DNA from: a virus
Taxonomy: Duplodnaviria; Caudoviricetes
Length of the DNA stretch: 27,539 bases
Direction: 5' to 3' (one strand)
Virus record (IMG/VR): IMGVR_UViG_3300026081_000006
Span: 1-27,539 of that record
Positions 26,161 through 27,539 of this stretch are shown here, in pieces. Positions within the stretch are counted from its first letter, which is position 1; every line of letters starts with the position of its first letter. The notes under the pieces were generated by a model. That model saw only the letters and a program-made list of their open reading frames with translations, was not told the origin of the DNA and searched no databases. The position numbers were made by a program, and so were the translations under genes.

Positions 26161-27537
26161 TTAGTAACCGCCTCCAGACGATGTTGAACCTGAGCTAGTG
26201 CTTGTTGTGGTTGATGTTGTAGTTGTGCTAGTTGAAATAGTAGCAGTCGCTGTAGAAGTATCACCTCTTTTTAGACTTCCATTCAAATAACTTGATGTTG
26301 TCTTATATCCGACACCTGATATCTGCTCACCAGATGAAATTGTATCCTTAATCATATTTATTGTACTATCTGCAACAGAAAAACTTAAATATAAGTCTTT
26401 CAAACCAATAACATCATTAGAATCTGGGAAAGCTTGAATTTCTATAATATCATTTGATGCTACAGTAGATGTTATGGTTAATGTGTTGACTATAATTTCA
26501 CCTTTTTTATAATCAATAGTTCCAGCAGACTTAACTACAACAGTAAATTCATTACTTTCTGATGATTCTCTAACTACAGATAAAACACCCATATCACCAG
26601 TCTCATTTGGAACATCTGTAAAGTACAAAGTTCCTGTTTGATCTGCTAAAGTGAATCCTGTGCTCTTAATATTAAACCCACCTGCATTTTTCTTGAATGT
26701 GTTACCATAACATAACTCATATTGTGCAGATTGATTCAATAAACACTTCATATTACGTCTGATTATGACTCTCGTAATATTTGATGTTATTGAACTGTCT
26801 GATCCATCAATTATTTGACCTAATTTACTATATTTGAACCTTCCACCAAACTTATTAATATTTGAAGTGGAGAATGTGTTCAAAACATCCACTACTTTAC
26901 TTTTAACTCCATTAACATTGCTGACTTGTGAACTGTTATAGTAAATTGCACTATCAATTTCAACATATAATACCTTCAAATCTATTATTTTTTGATTTAT
27001 ACCCGATAAAGCATAATTTTTCAATTTTGATTGTATATTTTGTTTATCAAAGTCCGAAACAAAATCACCATTTTTTGGTTTGATGCTTATTAACACTTGT
27101 CCAAACTCTGGTGGATCAAGTTCCTCGCCCCCTACAACCGCTACAGACTCTGTATTAGGGTAAATAGACTGAATTATCGCTTCGTAGTCTCTGGCGGTCA
27201 CTGCACGGTACTGAGAAGCATAAATTCTAGGAGCAAAGTACTTAATAGAATCAATACTCTCTATATCACCACCATTTGCAGCAGACTGATTTGTAGTAAT
27301 AGTTATATTATTAGTTGGAACAACTGGATTGTTATCTGAATCTAAAACTCTTCCAGAATATGAAAATATTGAAGAACCATTACCTGCTTTTCCATCTGTA
27401 ATAATGTAAGTCGCAGTAATTACTGCACCATTTTCTAGTTTTTTACCAAAATAACCATCACCAAACAACAACTCATACTTTTCATCCTGAACTTCTTGAA
27501 GCAGGTAAATTTCTGACGTTGAATCAATATTTAAAAT
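26161..27537 (-). CDS. gp6: Baseplate wedge subunit gp6, partial (N-terminus outside window)
   Basis: Frame stays open upstream of the track's start at 27471 (ILNIDSTSEIYLLQEVQDEKYELLFGDG); motifs GGDIESIDSIKYFAPRIYASQYRAVTARDYEAII, GGEELDPPEFGQVLISIKPK, FGGRFKYSK, GTIDYKKGEI are diagnostic of gp6. Confidence 0.93.
   Translation of the reverse strand: MLNIDSTSEIYLLQEVQDEKYELLFGDGYFGKKLENGAVITATYIITDGKAGNGSSIFSYSGRVLDSDNNPVVPTNNITITTNQSAANGGDIESIDSIKYFAPRIYASQYRAVTARDYEAIIQSIYPNTESVAVVGGEELDPPEFGQVLISIKPKNGDFVSDFDKQNIQSKLKNYALSGINQKIIDLKVLYVEIDSAIYYNSSQVSNVNGVKSKVVDVLNTFSTSNINKFGGRFKYSKLGQIIDGSDSSITSNITRVIIRRNMKCLLNQSAQYELCYGNTFKKNAGGFNIKSTGFTLADQTGTLYFTDVPNETGDMGVLSVVRESSESNEFTVVVKSAGTIDYKKGEIIVNTLTITSTVASNDIIEIQAFPDSNDVIGLKDLYLSFSVADSTINMIKDTISSGEQISGVGYKTTSSYLNGSLKRGDTSTATATISTSTTTTSTTTSTSSGSTSSGGGY
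26164..26262 (-). repeat. Low-complexity Ser/Thr/Gly coding tail of gp6 ending GGGY
   Basis: TSTATATISTSTTTTSTTTTSTSSGSTSSGGGY; imperfect ACA/ACT/AGC/TCA codon runs. Confidence 0.8.
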
Positions 27538-27539
27538 AT

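Noticed and set aside
1343-27339. Numerous plus-strand ORFs of 60-220 aa in the track (e.g. 1343-1882, 2111-2773, 7651-8115, 16889-17347, 19490-20068)
   Set aside because: All lie antisense to well-supported minus-strand genes, many use GTG/TTG starts, and their P/V/S/T/L-rich composition is what the reverse complement of biased G/T/S/D/N-rich coding produces.
1-27539. tRNA, rRNA or structured ncRNA genes
   Set aside because: Intergenic gaps are all about 60 nt or shorter and contain only promoter/terminator motifs; no cloverleaf seen.

Overview
AT-rich fragment of a T4-like marine myovirus genome, most similar in gene content and style to cyanomyophages (Kyanoviridae); the host is not provable from this window. 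All supportable genes lie on the minus strand and form the late baseplate-to-neck block: gp6 (5'-truncated), a 4055-aa gp7-like wedge protein, gp8, a 2385-aa VrlC/DUF4815-like structural protein, a cluster of small translationally coupled ORFs, two small structural proteins, a 636-aa fibre, a small coiled-coil protein and neck protein gp13 (3'-truncated). T4-type late promoter boxes and one intrinsic terminator are visible. Most interesting: (i) a small-gene island (3884-5232) encoding basic proteins that start with a T4 internal-protein capsid-targeting-like sequence (MKTYKEFITE, MKTFKQFME), an unannotated 28-aa hydrophobic micro-ORF and one gene bracketed by a perfect 18-bp direct repeat; (ii) an amicyanin-like type-1 copper ligand set (H...C-x2-H-x2-M) within the fibre, flanked by a 48-aa internal duplication; (iii) a late promoter placed so that its transcript would start inside a terminator hairpin. 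Family assignments are from recalled motifs and synteny, not database searches.
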